From positions 41,106,001 to 41,170,000 of the forward strand of contig OX597838.1 of the NCBI GenBank assembly GCA_951406725.2: a DNA stretch of 64,000 nucleotides. The letters run 5' to 3'. The DNA is from Octopus vulgaris (Eukaryota). Of the stretch, positions 1 to 13,305 are shown one piece after another. Every line of letters begins with the position of its first letter. Positions within the stretch are counted from its first letter, which is position 1. The position numbers and the translations under genes are program-made. The notes below the pieces were generated by a model. That model did not search any database and had not been told where the DNA came from. It saw nothing but the letters and a program-made list of their open reading frames with translations.

Positions 1-599
1 GTGTTGCATTAATCAGCTATATTACCATGTATTCTGGAATCTAGGTCTTTTATCTATTTTTAACTGAGGTAAAATAAACCTAAGAGCATAGTGTTTAGCC
101 CCCTCCTCCCACTTCCCTTTAAAAGATAATTTCTGCATATACAAATGGTTCTAGATTTAAATGTAGTTGATGTACCATTTGTTTGGTGTAAATATTTAAG
201 TTTTAGTTATATTTGACTTGTTTCAATAATAGCATTGTGGCCATACTGGTGCACTGCCTTGAATTTTGTCCAGCAAGTTGACTCAAACTCTTATTTACAT
301 CTGGTACTTAGCTGGTCTTTTTCTGTGTACCAAATTCACTCACAAGACAATAGTTGGTATAAGACTTTAGTATAAGATACTTGCACAAAGGTGCTCCGTT
401 GTGGGACTGAATTTAAAGCCAAATGATTGCAAGGTGGAATTCTTAACCACACAGCCACTGTCTCTGTATGTGATAGACAAAAACAATATTTAACATGTTA
501 GTTCTTCATTTATTTGAAATTAGGCAGTTGACACTTTTTGTTTTGAATGACAGAAGAATGTATATTGTGTGAGTGGGTTATTTCTTTTGTAAATAACCC

Positions 600-980
600 A
601 TGCAGGAGTGGCTGTGTGGTAAGTAGCTTGCTTACCAACCACATGGTTCCGGGTTCAGTCCCACTGCGTGGTACCTTGGGCAAGTGTCTTCTACTATAGC
701 CTCAGGCCGACCAAAGCCTTGTGAGTGGATTTGGTAGACGGAAACTGAAAGAAGCCTGTCATATATATGTATATATGTGTTTGTGTCTGTGTTTGTCGTC
801 CCCAACATCGCTTGACAACTGATGCTGGTGTGTTTACGTCCCCCGTAACTTAGCAGTTCGGCAAAAGAGACCGAGAGATTAAGTACTAGGCTTACAAAGA
901 GTAAGTCATGGGGTCAATTTGCTCGACTAAAGGCGGTGCTCCAGCATGGCCGCAGTCAAATGGCTGAAACAAGTAAAGAA
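600..980 (+). mobile_element. tRNA-derived SINE family A with internal TA/TG microsatellite
   Basis: A/B-box-like head TGGCTGTGTGG...GGTTCAGTCC and 3' GAAACAAGTAAA tail. At least 14 near-identical copies in the window. Confidence 0.85.
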
Positions 981-1638
981 AAGAAGAAAAAAAACTGTAA
1001 AAGTAACCTTTTTGAAGCATTTTGTTCACAAATATTTACCAGCTGATATGGCATCTGTGTATCTATATCAATGTGGATGGTAGTATCCCTTTGGAAGTGT
1101 GCATGTGTGTGTGTGGGAGGGGGAGTTGGGAGAAAATGAAATGTCAGTGAGGTTCAATAGAGGAAGTTGGGTATTTAGAAGGGGTTGTAAGTTTTCTTAG
1201 AAATAAACTATTTCAAGCAGGCGCATCATAATCATCATTTAACAACCACTTCATGTTTGCACTGTGTGAGATGGTTTGAGGCAGATTTTTCTGTTGGCAA
1301 TCCTCACCTATTTCCACCTATTTTCCCATAGCTAGACATATTTTGCCTTCTCGACTGGAAACGAAGAACTTAGCTTGCACGGTGACGCTGCTCGTCCACA
1401 ACCATCATGTCTAGACAAGGGAACACGCAAATACATGCATGCACCCACACAACAGGCTTCTTTGTAGTTCCATCTACCAAATTTACTCACAAGGTCTTGG
1501 TAAGCCTGAGACTATTGAAGACATTTGCTCAAGGTGCCACACAATGGGTTTGAACCCAAGACCACATAGTTGGGAAGCAAGCACCTGTCACATAGCCATG
1601 CACAATGCTTATATTTTCAATGCATTTTCCAAAAGAGT

Positions 1639-2046
1639 CGGATCTTTTCGGTTTGAACAGCAGTTTTTTCTAGCGGTGTCATATGAAATTGTCCCCCATA
1701 ATTATGACCCTTAGTATCGATCTATTCAATTTCAATCTATTTTAGGGTTAGGGGTGGGGGGAAGGGTATCTTTTTTTCTTCACAAATGTAAATAAACCCA
1801 ATCTGTTTCTTAAACGAAGGACATATTCATACGGCACAGAATGTTTTCACCTCAATGGACGGTCATTGATTGGTTGAAATTGAAGAAAAAAACAACAAAT
1901 ATCTTACAAACTATAGAATTTTCTCAATAAAGCCAAGAGAAAAAAAAAGATGTTTTATAAACACATTCTACCAGTATACGAAGTTTAAAATTTTTTAGTT
2001 ACCCAGAAATTATGTTAAAAACTGCCGTTCAAACCGAAAAGATCCT
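1639..2046. mobile_element. About 410-bp MITE, TIR CGGATCTTTTCGGTTTGAACGGCAGTTTTT, 6-bp TSD AAGAGT
   Basis: Terminal inverted repeats. Four copies in the window. Confidence 0.85.
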
Positions 2047-2554
2047 AAGAGTCTTTGAAATTATGGCTAAACATGTTGAGCAGAGACAGGAGTGATGATG
2101 AACCACATTTCAATATAATAATTCTTGTTTAACCCTTTACCATTTCAACCAACCATACTGGCCCAAATATTCTGCTTATGTTCAAACCAACCTGATTGGC
2201 CTCTCACAGCTACCCTACCCTGTCATTCTAAAAATAATCACATGAAAATCTCAACACTAAAAGACAAGGCATAGTAAATTTGAAACAATGCAAATAAACA
2301 TTACATTTGACTGGATAATCTGAATACCAAAGGGCTATGCCCTTGTTTTACAGTAATTTCTGTAAAAATTTAGCATAAGGGGCACAAGACAAGGCAGATG
2401 CTACAGTTTGCTATTATAAACCACAGTTCCCAAATTAACTTCTCTTTGATTAACATGCTTTTCAAACATCATCATCGTTTAATGTCTGCTTTCCATGCTA
2501 GCATGGGTTGGATGATTTGACTGAGGGCTGCACCAGGCTCCAATCTTGATTTAA

Positions 2555-3020
2555 TTTGTCAAAACATTTTCGTCGCTTTGAGACCGCGACCTGTTCACTG
2601 ACAAAGCTTCATGCTGCATCTCGAAGTTTTCCTTGGGGTCGTTGGTAATGAGAAGGTTGGGAACCACTGATCCACGTGATGGATTCTCTTGTTGTGAACG
2701 ACAAATGGTGGGGGTTCAGTAAAATAAAGCATTAATCATGTTCTATGGACACGAATGCGTCTCTTGATGTCTTCTGGTGCTTTGCAAACCTTTTGGCAAA
2801 TGGAACAAGCTGCAGGCTCAGTCTGCTCGAGTGCTTGTGGATCATTTATTGTGTTTCCTTGAGTGGAAGGCTAGGCCTGCTTTGCTTTGTACCACAATAA
2901 GGTTTCCGTTTGGAAGAGCGTTTTACCAGTGTGCCTTCATGCTTGTCTGAAGTTGGTCCCAATGCTGGAGTCGATGTTGCTCAAAATCTTTGAACTGAGG
3001 AGCAGCAGGACTGGCACCAG
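2555..3020 (-). mobile_element. LINE-like 3' remnant with degenerate C2H2 zinc finger
   Basis: The minus strand encodes CSICQKVCKAPEDIKRRIRVH* and SKAGLAFHSRKH, like C-terminal fingers of some non-LTR ORF2s. Confidence 0.45.
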
Positions 3021-3033
3021 GTCCTATATATAT

Positions 3034-3250
3034 ATTTCTTTACTACCCACAAGGGGCCAAAGAAGGGCAGACAAACGGATTAAGTCGATTATATCGACCC
3101 CAGTGCGTAACTGGTACTTAATTTATCGACCCCGAAAGGATGAAAGGCAAAGTTGACCTTGGCAGAATTTGAACTCAGAACGTAACGGCAGACGAAATAC
3201 AGCTACGCATTTCGCCCGGCGTGCTAACGTTTCTGCCAGCTCACCGCCCT
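3034..3250 (-). mobile_element. SINE family B (core GCCTTTCATCCTTTCGGGGTCGATAAATTAAGTACCAG, reminiscent of Meta/MESC-domain SINEs)
   Basis: Repeated at 10108, 35111 and 52882. The domain name is from recollection and is not verified. Confidence 0.75.
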
Positions 3251-4607
3251 AATATGTAGATAGGTTAGTTATAGAATTCATTAGAATATAGGTACATCAA
3301 TGCAGTATGCCAAAAATGGCTGAGCACAAAAACAGGGATCATAGGAAGTTAAAAGAACCATGAAGGTATCGTGTTGCCAGCATACTGTAGATATGTAAAT
3401 ACCAACTCCAGTTTAACTGCAGATCGGATTCAGGGCTGGGGCTAGTTGCAGCATAGATATTAAAAAAACCCAGCAAAAATGGGGCTTAACCCCCATTTGT
3501 GCTAGTTCATATATGTATCACATCATTTAATGTCCCCCTTTTCCATATTTACATGGGTTGGACAGTCTAACAAACTGGTTTCTATAATTGGATGCCTTTC
3601 CTAATGTCAACCACTTTACAGTGTACGGGGAGCTGCTTTTTGCATGGCACCAGCACTGGTGAGGTCACCAAGTACTTGCAAGACAGGACTTACTCAGTTG
3701 AGTGGAGTGTAGTACTGAGAGATGTGGCAGTGTGATAGTGAGAGAAGTGTCTTGCTGAAGTGAACACTTGACTTTCCCATCTGGAATACCATCAAGATAC
3801 AAGGTGAATATAAAAGAGAACAGGGATAGAGGAACAGAAGAAGGTGGGTAGGTAGGTAAGTGTGCCAGAGTAAAAAGTCTGTTACATGATTAATGGTGGG
3901 TGTGGGTTACTGTTCCTCTTAGGTTGAGACCTTGCTGTATTGGGAAGGGCATCTGTTTGTAGAATTGTTTAATCCAAATACTATGTATTAATCAAGTGAG
4001 TTATGATGATTTGTCTACAACACTGAATAACGAGAAGTCAATTTCTTTTGTGATTTGGCTGACCGGGTTTTTGTTCAGGAGCTAGCTTTCATTGAAATCT
4101 GGGTTTTCTATAACCATTATTGGTGTTGGTGCCATGTGAAAAAAAAACAAAAATCACCCAGTGTACTCAGTAAAGTGGTTGGCATTAGGAAGGGCATCCA
4201 GTTGCAGACACCAAGCCAAAACAAACAATGGAGCCTGGTTTGGACCCTGGCCTTGTTAGTTCCTCTCAAGCTATCCAACCCATCCCTGCATAGAAAACAG
4301 ACATTAGATAATGATGGTAATTATGTGCAAATTGATTTGAGAATTTCTCAACTATTCACTTTGACTGAAACACTTTCTCACAATTTGGACATTTTTTTTT
4401 TTTTCACTGTTTGTCATTGATTATGGTGATGCTGGGCATTACCATCAATAGTCAATTAGTTTAACTTGACATTTAGATCCTTTGCTTGTCCTGTGCATCA
4501 CATGATGCACAGGACATATTTTGTCTGGCATCCCATGCACATTCCCAATATTGTTTTCATCCACAAGAGTAACTTGAGACTTTTTGGAAGGAAAATGATA
4601 TATCATA

Positions 4608-4769
4608 GGCGCAGGAGTGGCTGTGTGGTAAGCAGCTTGCTTACCAACCACATGGTTCCGGGTTCACTCCCACTGCGTGGCACCTTGGGCAAGTGTCTTC
4701 TACTAAAGCCTTGGGCCAACCAAAGCCTTGTGAGTGGATTTGGTAGACGGAAACTGAAAGAAGCCCGTC

Positions 4770-4826
<57 letters not shown>

Positions 4827-4964
4827 TAAGAGAGTGGTCACTATGTGGCTCACTCTAGCACTAGTAATAGATCCAATAGGTTTCAACCACAAAAATACAT
4901 GTTTCCCATGAAAGTCAGTATGATTGTTAGCTCACATCTAATTCTCTCACCCTTATTAATTAAT

Positions 4965-5008
<44 letters not shown>

Positions 5009-5208
5009 CTGTGTTTGTCCCCCCAACATCGCTTGACAACTGATTCTGGTGTGTTTACGTCCCCGTCACTTAGTGGTTCGGCAAAACAGAACGATTGAAT
5101 AAGTACTAGGCTTAAAAAGAATAAGTTCTGGGGTCGATTTGCTCGACTAAAGGCGGTGCTCCAGCATGGCCACAGTCAAATGACAAACAAGTATAAAGAG
5201 TAAAGAGT
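4608..5208 (+). mobile_element. SINE family A, split by about 150 bp of extra sequence within its (TA)n
   Basis: Head 4608-4770 and tail about 4995-5208 match the other copies. Confidence 0.85.
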
Positions 5209-7239
5209 ATTACTCAGACTGTATGGAACCATGGCTACAGATGTTTGAAAGCAAGCATGGGTGTTTGACAAACTTATGAAAATGCTTTGGGCAGGCAAAA
5301 AGGTTAATGCCTTTCTGAGAGCAAGAACCTTACAGATGTTAGTTCATCCTCAGGTGTACGAAGGAAACTTAGCTAATTCATTCTCTACTTGCTCTGGTTG
5401 ATTTTAATACATCCACTGTGAGGGGAACCTCTACCTGCTAGAAATAGCTGTCAAGATACCTCAGCATTTTGTCTCAAAACATATGTTAAATATTGGAGTC
5501 CTGAAAATGAAATGGGGATGGTCACGGCTGGAAAGTAACCATCAATCACTTTCGTCATTCGCTGCTGGGCCGCATCTTCGTTCTGCGTGTCTCAGACAGG
5601 TCCTGACCTGTCTCTGGGTTGGCTCTTGTCAAATAAACAGAGGTGATGCTGAGGGTGGGGTATGCGGTGCAGACAGTAAGCTTGACAACTCTCGCTTGAG
5701 GACTGTCTGTTCTTTTGTGGCAGACACTTTGACCCGCTACTCGCCTATGACGACAGTCTTATATAAACCTTCTCCTCCCCATTTACGCTCAACGTGTTTG
5801 CCTGCTCTCTCTCTCTCCCCCTTGGTGTGAGTGTGGCAGTGCAGTGTCAACAGTATACGCCTTTTTTAGTTCAGGTCATCCCTTTTTTTTATATTTTTTA
5901 TTTTTCTGTAGACCCTCAATTATCACCGAAGGCCTTTCTTCCATCGTCTTCTTTCCAGGCAGTATCTATCTACGGCTACACTAGCCAAACGTAGCTTTTT
6001 TTTTTTCCTCTAATGATATACTGGAGAGTGAAAGCTCCAGCGGATCGTGAGGGGGTGTCATGGGAAGAAATGAAGAATAAAACCACAAATAGCAACAAAG
6101 CCGAAAAACATCGGTGGTGGTGGGGGGAGGAGGAAATACCTGGAATTTCGGCATTTTTATTGACTGGTTTGGATTTGATTGATATTTGTGATTACTCGTT
6201 CTTTCGTCAGCTCTGTTTCTAATTGAAATGCGTGGGTTAGCGACCGGGGGGGGGGGGGTGGAGGATTGTGTGGGTAGAATTTCAACTCAAACGCGAGAAA
6301 TTTTATTTCAAATACTCAATTTCTGAGAACAGTCTGACCTTCCAGTTTCTTCAAATCTGTAATCAACACCGATTTGAAACCTTTCTCACGCGACTTGCAG
6401 CCGTGTCTGTGTCCATCGTTATCATTTCAGAGAGAGAGAGAGAGAGAGAGAGGCGGGGTGCGATTTATTCTTGACACCAGAGTATTACTGACAAAAGAGC
6501 AACAGAATTTGATTGATCATTACGATTGATCTCATTTATGATTGATTTCGACTTAAATAGGAAAGAAACCATTCTTTTAAACACAACCCTGAAAGTTTGG
6601 GGAAGGGGCCCAGTCGATTACAGGGACGCCAGTGCTTAACTGGTATTTAGTTTATCAACCCCCGAAAGGATGAAAGATGAAGTTGACCGGTGGAATTTGA
6701 ACACGGAACGTAAAGTAGGAAGAAATTCCGTGGGGAAAAGAAATGATGAAAAGCCCATGTTGTCCTCTATAGAATTCGAACTCGCATTGTAATCACACTT
6801 CAAACTAAACTATCATGAATCATTTTCGTTTTTTTTCTTCTTCCCCTTTTCAAATCCCATCGGCATTGATAAATTCATTCAATCAGCCATAGGTGTCCGT
6901 CCATCTAGTCCACCTTCTTTCCTTCTAAAACTGAGCATGTTTAAGTGAAAGATCGATAAATGTTATTGCTAGAAAAATAAAGATAAACATATGTAGATTG
7001 ATCTGTGGGGAATGCCTCTGTCGACGTCTGGTTTAGAATAACATTGCATAATCTTACAAATATAGATTACATGATGGATGTGTGTATGTGTGTGTGTGTT
7101 TAGAAGAAAAAATTTTCTGGTGACAGTCGGCCCCGTCTGCACTTAAAATGTTTTCGAAAATTCTGTCTCGTCTAATAAAGTATTGATGTGATAAACTCAG
7201 TTTTATCCAGATAACAAAATGCACAAACACATACGGACA

Positions 7240-7300
7240 GAGGTGCGCGCACTGTCTGTGTATAAAACCGTATTTTCGTGGCGTTCTGTTTGCAGTGACC
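7240..7300 (+). promoter_or_regulatory. Candidate core promoter: TGCGCGCA palindrome, TATAAAA (7261), Inr-like TGCAGT about 30 nt downstream
   Basis: Motif spacing inside a CpG-retaining, transposon-poor region (about 5.5-8.9 kb). Inference only. Confidence 0.35.
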
Positions 7301-7487
7301 GCAGCGGAGAGCCAAGACAGTTCGATCGGGGTTGACGACGAAATTCCTGGCTTTGTCTTTGGTTTTGTTGCTGTTTTGTGTTCAGTTTTGTCCGTCTGTC
7401 TGTCTCTCTCTACCAACCGTGACGCCCACTCACTATTTCTCGTTGGTGCTCTCTCATTCTGTTCTCTTTTGTTTGTTATTAAAGGTG

Positions 7488-7518
<31 letters not shown>

Positions 7519-8559
7519 GTATAATGTATGTATATGTGCGCGCAAATTTATGCGTTTGTATATGTAAGCTAAGGTAGACATGGAGGAGATATTCTCTCTC
7601 TCTCTCTCTCTCTCGCTCGTAAAACCTCCGTTTTCGATCTGCTAGAAACAGCAGCCAAGTCTCTTAAATTCACACCGCCAGCATAAAACAAAACACGGGG
7701 CAAATTTCATAATGTAGTCCTTCAAGATGACGTCTGAAAGTTAGATGGGATGGTCACATTGGTGGAAAGCCACAGATCTATTTCTTGTCTCTTGTTATGA
7801 GACACCGAATATCCCTCTTTGACGTTTCGTTAATCGGCCAATTCCTCTCTTCCCCATTCTTTCTTCCGGCCTCTCCTACACACTCGACCTTCACTTTTCT
7901 CCATCTCAATAATAATAATTATTTTTGTCTCTCTCTCTTTCCATCCATCCATCCATCCATCCATGCCTCCCTCATTTATTTATCGTTGTCATCGTTTATG
8001 CTTTCTTCTCCGCCATTCCGTGTTTGGGTTTCATTTACCCCCCACCCCACCCGCCATCCCCTTTATCTTATCCCCTATTTCTTCTAATTTCCGACTTGCC
8101 TCTTGATTTAATAATTCTTTTTTTTTCCCCCTCTAATTTTACCCTTTTAACACCCCTATCTATATATATTTCTATTATTTCTCTCATTTTCTGTCTAAAT
8201 TCTCCCAATCCCCTCTCTCTCTCTCTCTCTTTCTTTGCTTACTCTGTTGACGGTTTTTCATTCCCCCTCCCCTTTACCCCTCTCTCTCTCTCTCCATCCT
8301 TTTCTGGTTACTCTTTCTTTTGCTCCTTTTCAGTTTTAGTCTATCGCTTTCACCCTTATTCTCTTTGTCTTTTTCATCTCTATCGCTTTCATCCTTTCTT
8401 TCTCTCTCTCTCTCTCTCTCCCTCCCTCTCACCATTCTCTCTCCTCGATCTCGCCGTTATCTCCTCCTCTGCGTCTCTTACCTCCCTCTTTGTTTCCCCC
8501 CCCTTAAACCCCCCTCCCCACCAACGTTGCCATCGCACGCACGCTTTCACTCACACACA

Positions 8560-8932
8560 CACACACACTCGCACACGCAAACACTGCTGCTGCTGTGCTT
8601 GCTTGTACTGTGGTAAACTACTACTTCCGCCGCCGCCGCCGCCGCCACCACCTACACCACCACCACCTCCACTACTACCACCACCGCCGCCGCCACCACC
8701 ACCATCGTCAACCTGCTTTCCTGTGTGGTGAGTTGCAGTGTCAGTACTGTCGAGTGCGGTGGTGGTAGTGTCTGTCCCGCAGTAAACACAAAACAACACA
8801 CACACACACACACACACACACCAGACACCCTCGTCTCTCTCTCTCTCTCTCTCTCTGTTAATTTCTATGTTTTTCTACTTCAATTTATTTCTTCCAATGT
8901 AAAAACTCGGTTTGAGCACAAAAAGCTTCAAG
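8560..8932 (+). other. Candidate non-coding 5'UTR exon end(s) of EIF4ENIF1 with (CCG)/(CCA) triplet repeats; donors at 8728 (GTG|gtgagt) and 8933 (AAG|gtaagt)
   Basis: Two consensus 5' splice sites in a CpG-rich region. The ATG exon at 27910 has an acceptor, so an upstream exon must exist. Confidence 0.4.
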
Positions 8933-8976
8933 GTAAGTCATTAAATTGGAATCCTCTATTAATGGCACTGATGTAT

Positions 8977-9009
<33 letters not shown>

Positions 9010-9278
9010 CTCTTTCTACATATTCCGGAAACAATAAATGCAGCACATGTCTTTGTGTCTGGGTGGCTGGATGTATATTTCTATAAATAATTGTTTGCCT
9101 CTGATTATTATTATTATTATGTCCAAGGTGTTTCTCTATATCCATGTACTTGTTTGTATGTGTAAATTATATATACTCCTTACTACAAACACGGGCCAAC
9201 AGTGTTCACTACATGGGTAGTTTTCGACCTACAAGAAATGGCAGTTGAGTCCTTCTCTCTGTCTTGAAGAAGAAGGCA

Positions 9279-9706
9279 CGGATCTTTTCGGTTTGAACGG
9301 CAGTTTTTTAACATAATTTCTAGGTAACTAAAAAAATTTCAAACTTCGTATACTGGTAGAATGTGTTTATAAAACATCTTTTTTTTTTCTCTTGGCTTTA
9401 TTGAGAAAATTCTATAGTTTGTTAGATATTTGTTTTTTTTTTTTTTTTTCAATTTCTGCAATTTCAACCAATCAATGACGTCTATTGAGGTAAAAAGCAT
9501 TCTGTGCCGTATGAATGAATATGTCCCTCGTTTAAGAAACAGATTGGGTTTATTTACATTTGTGAAGAAAAAAAAGATACCCTTCCCCCCACCCCTAACC
9601 CTAAAACAGATTGAAATGCAATAGATCGATACTAGGGTCATAATTATGGGTGACAATTTCATATGACACCGCTAGAAAAAACTGCCGTTCAAACCGAAAA
9701 GATCCG
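9279..9706. mobile_element. Same MITE, opposite orientation
   Basis: Perfect TIRs of about 30 bp. Flanks AAGGCA/AAAGCA (5/6). Confidence 0.85.
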
Positions 9707-10107
9707 AAAGCACACATTGAACAGAATAATGCTGTCCTGGAAACTGAACTCCTTAGAGGGAATTTTAGCTGGGAAGAAAAGAAACTGATAAATATTACAC
9801 AATCGGGGGTCGGCCTTAGACACCCAACACCATGACCACCACTTATGAACATTTTACAAACCTTATTTGAAATAATTTCTTTGCGTGCTTCTGGTGTTCT
9901 TCAATGTTTGGGGGTGGTTACGAATCAACCATTATAGCCTTCACTTCTCTTTCTCACACTTAAAACAATGAAGCAAACAAAATAGATAACAGGTGTTTGT
10001 GTACACGTTTTTAATCTCTTTTGGGTGTCTGTTGTTCGTGGTTAATTTGTTGCTGTTGGTTAGTAGCTGGTGAAGAACCCTGATCTAGTTCACACCTATC
10101 ATCAAAG

Positions 10108-10254
10108 AGGTCGACTTTGCCTTTCATCCTTCCGGGGGTCGATAAATTAAGTACCAGTTACGCACTGGGGTCGATGTAATCGACTTAATACCTATGTCTG
10201 TCCTTGTTTGTCCCCTCTGTGTTTAGCCCCTTGTGGGTAATAAAGAAATAGGTA
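10108..10254 (+). mobile_element. SINE family B, 5'-truncated
   Basis: Shares core and AAAGAAATAGG tail with the other copies. Confidence 0.75.
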
Positions 10255-10814
10255 TTCCAGCCATGGCCAACAGATTTGTCTCTCTCTCTTTAGTGAGTGA
10301 GCGGTGTTATATGGAGATTTTTGACTGCTATTCTTAGACTTTGGCGACCACATAGGTTGTTGGTTCCTAGCATTAATTTATTTGTCCCTCCTCAATGAGT
10401 GTAAACTAGTTTTAAATAATTGTTCATGTGTTCGTGAGAATTTTCCCATTTCAAACATTTTCACGTGTGGTTAAGTTGGTACATAAATTAAGAAGTAAAT
10501 TTGGTGTGAAACGATGGAATTCAAATAGTGTTGGGTAGTTTGAATAGGAAATGTTGCTTTTTATGTATATTGTCAGTTGGTCAGGAATTTATGACAACAC
10601 CTTTTTCTCTCTTGATGGCAGTGTGTGTATATTAGTATACACACGACTGCGTGAATCTTTTTTTTTTTTTTTGCTTGAACTGTCAAGTGTTCTTAACACT
10701 CTACGCATACGTACGCGCATGTATATATGTACAAACACATATACACACGCGCGCGCACACGCACGCATATATACACACATTCGGACGGCACGCGCACACT
10801 CTTTCATACTCACT

Positions 10815-11004
10815 CGCTCTCTCACACACACACTCACTCTCTCTCTCACACACACACACTCACTCTCTCTCTCACACACACACACTCACTCTCTCTCTCA
10901 CACACACACTCTCTCTCTCACACACACACTCACTCTCTCTCTCACACACACACTCACTCTCTCTCTCACACACACACTCACTCTCTCTCACACACACACA
11001 CACA

Positions 11005-11036
<32 letters not shown>

Positions 11037-11622
11037 CTCTCTCACACACACACACACTCACTCTCTCTCTCACACACACACACTCTCTCTCTCTCTCACA
11101 CACTCACTCTCTCTCTCACACACACACACTCACTCTCTCTCTCACACACACACACTCACTCTCTCTCTCACACACACACACACACTCTCTCTCTCACACA
11201 CACACACTCACTCTCTCTCTCACACACACACACTCACTCTCTCTCTCACACACACACACACTCTCTCTCTCACACACACACTCACTCTCTCTCTCACACA
11301 CACACTCACTCTCTCTCTCTCACACACACACTCACTCTCTCTCTCACACACACACACTCACTCTCTCACACACACACACTCACTCTCTCACACACACACA
11401 CTCACTCTCTCACACACACACTCACTCTCTCACACACACACTCACTCTCTCACACACTCACTCTCTCTCTCACACACACACACACACTCTCTCTCTCTCT
11501 CTCACACACTCACTCTCTCTCTCACACTCACACTCTCTCACGCACTCACTCACTCTCACTCACTCACTCACTCACTCTCACACACACACACTCACTCTCT
11601 CACTCACACTCTCACACACACA
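10815..11622. repeat. About 800-bp compound (CA)n/(CT)n satellite
   Basis: Repeating CACACACACTCACTCTCTCTCT-like units. Confidence 0.95.
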
Positions 11623-12092
11623 TTCATGCGCATGTGCTCACACACACACTTCACATACATACCTCCACTTCGCTCGATCTACTAAGTTTTCTGTAATCAA
11701 AGTTTGCAATATGTAAAATATATTGTATATATATTCTGTTTCTTACATTACTATACGCGTATTTGTGTGTACAATACTGTAGTGCTGCGTGCGTGTATAT
11801 AACATGTATACGTTATATGTAGTGTCGTGTACAATCTGTATATATGGCCAGCTGGTAGAAACCGTTAGCTCTGACTGAATGTCGACGTGGACACGGTTAA
11901 GATGGAAATAAAGCTCTCACCGCTCTTTACATATTCTTTGTCCTACATCTTGTCCCATGTCTTTGTATAGAACCGTGTCTCCCTTACATAATTTCAACTG
12001 AACTTTGTCGGTAGACTTACAACAAACTTTTTGCCATTTACCACGTATATAAAATCTCTGTTGGCATATAATGTGTGTGTATATAGAGATGG

Positions 12093-12124
<32 letters not shown>

Positions 12125-12279
12125 CAAATTGAGATAGGGGTTGTAAATGCAACCCTCCATGGGATAACATATATCCAATATATATATATATATATATATA
12201 TCCACTCATACACTATATACTCAGACATTGTATATATTGTGTATACTTTTAATTCTTAGTGTGTATAATGTGTGTACAC

Positions 12280-12415
12280 TCTCACGGACACTGTAAATAC
12301 ACCTTAGACACCACGCACACTGTAAATACATACTCTTAGACAATGTATATACACTCACACAGTGTAAATACATACTCTTAGACAATGTATATACACTCAC
12401 GCACACGCTGTATAT
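12280..12415. repeat. About 41-bp minisatellite (2-3 copies)
   Basis: TGTAAATACATACTCTTAGACAATGTATATACACTCAC repeated. Confidence 0.8.
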
Positions 12416-12999
12416 ACATGTATATATACACAAATTTATTCCTTGAAGGATACCATACCTTAAGTGTTTTGGGCGATGCATATTACAACTGGAAGTAATG
12501 ATGCAAAAGATGTAATAGTTTTGGAAAGAAAGTTTTTTTTTGTGAAAGAAATTAACCAGTTGGACATTATTTGTGGAAATCATTTAAAAAACACACAACA
12601 AATTCCATTCCATTAATGGTCTGTGCTTTAATAAAAGTGCTGGAGCTAGCTTCTGCTGAAAGCGAACTTCCACCAGCGCCCGTCTCTCTCTTCTTTTAAA
12701 AAATTATTTTTAAGGTTTAATTAGTATTTAATTAATAGACCCGAGGAGGCATGTTTGGTTAATGATATTTATTTGGTCCTTTACATACATCCCTCTCAAT
12801 TTTTCTCCCATTAGTGTGATCACACATGCATATATGTGTATGTATGTGTGTATTTATAATTCTATATTTATTGGAAGGTATTGAAAGCAAGAAGAAGAAT
12901 ACAACTCAATATTTTCTGTTTACAACGAACGCCATTTCTTCAACCATTCTTTTCTCTTTGTCTCCCCCTCCCCCTTTTGTGTGTCTCTCTTTGTTTTTC

Positions 13000-13271
13000 C
13001 CTCTCTCTCTCTGCCTTTCTTTGATGACATTCTCTGTCTCCCTCCACCACTCTCTCTCTCTCTTTCTCTCTCTCTCTGCCTTTTTTTCTTTGATGACATT
13101 CTCTGTCTCCCCGCTACCTCTCTCTCTCTGCCTTTCTTTGATGACATTCTCTGTCTGCCCCCACCTCTCTCTCTGCCTTTCTTTCTGTGATGACATTCTC
13201 TGTCTCCAATCCCCTCTCTCTCTCTCTGCCTTTCTTTCTTTGATGACATTCTGTCTCCCCCACCTCTCTCC

Positions 13272-13302
<31 letters not shown>

Positions 13303-13305
13303 CTG
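13000..13305. repeat. About 50-70 bp pyrimidine-rich minisatellite (5 units)
   Basis: CTCTGCCTTTCTTTGATGACATTCTCTGTCTCC repeated. Confidence 0.9.

Noticed and set aside
1741-1760. Interstitial telomere (TTAGGG)
   Set aside because: Only two units, and present as a fixed internal part of the CGGATC MITE.
7925-8731. 268-aa ORF with poly-proline tail
   Set aside because: Low-complexity CT and CCG/CCA repeats with a TTG start. Its frame does not join the 4E-T frame at the 8728 donor.
10551-11716. Long ORFs (329-381 aa) in three frames
   Set aside because: They are translations of the CA/CT satellite and lack stops only because of composition.
13000-13260. Repeated TGATGA as a C/D snoRNA cluster
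   Set aside because: No matching CTGA D boxes or terminal stems. It is a simple minisatellite.
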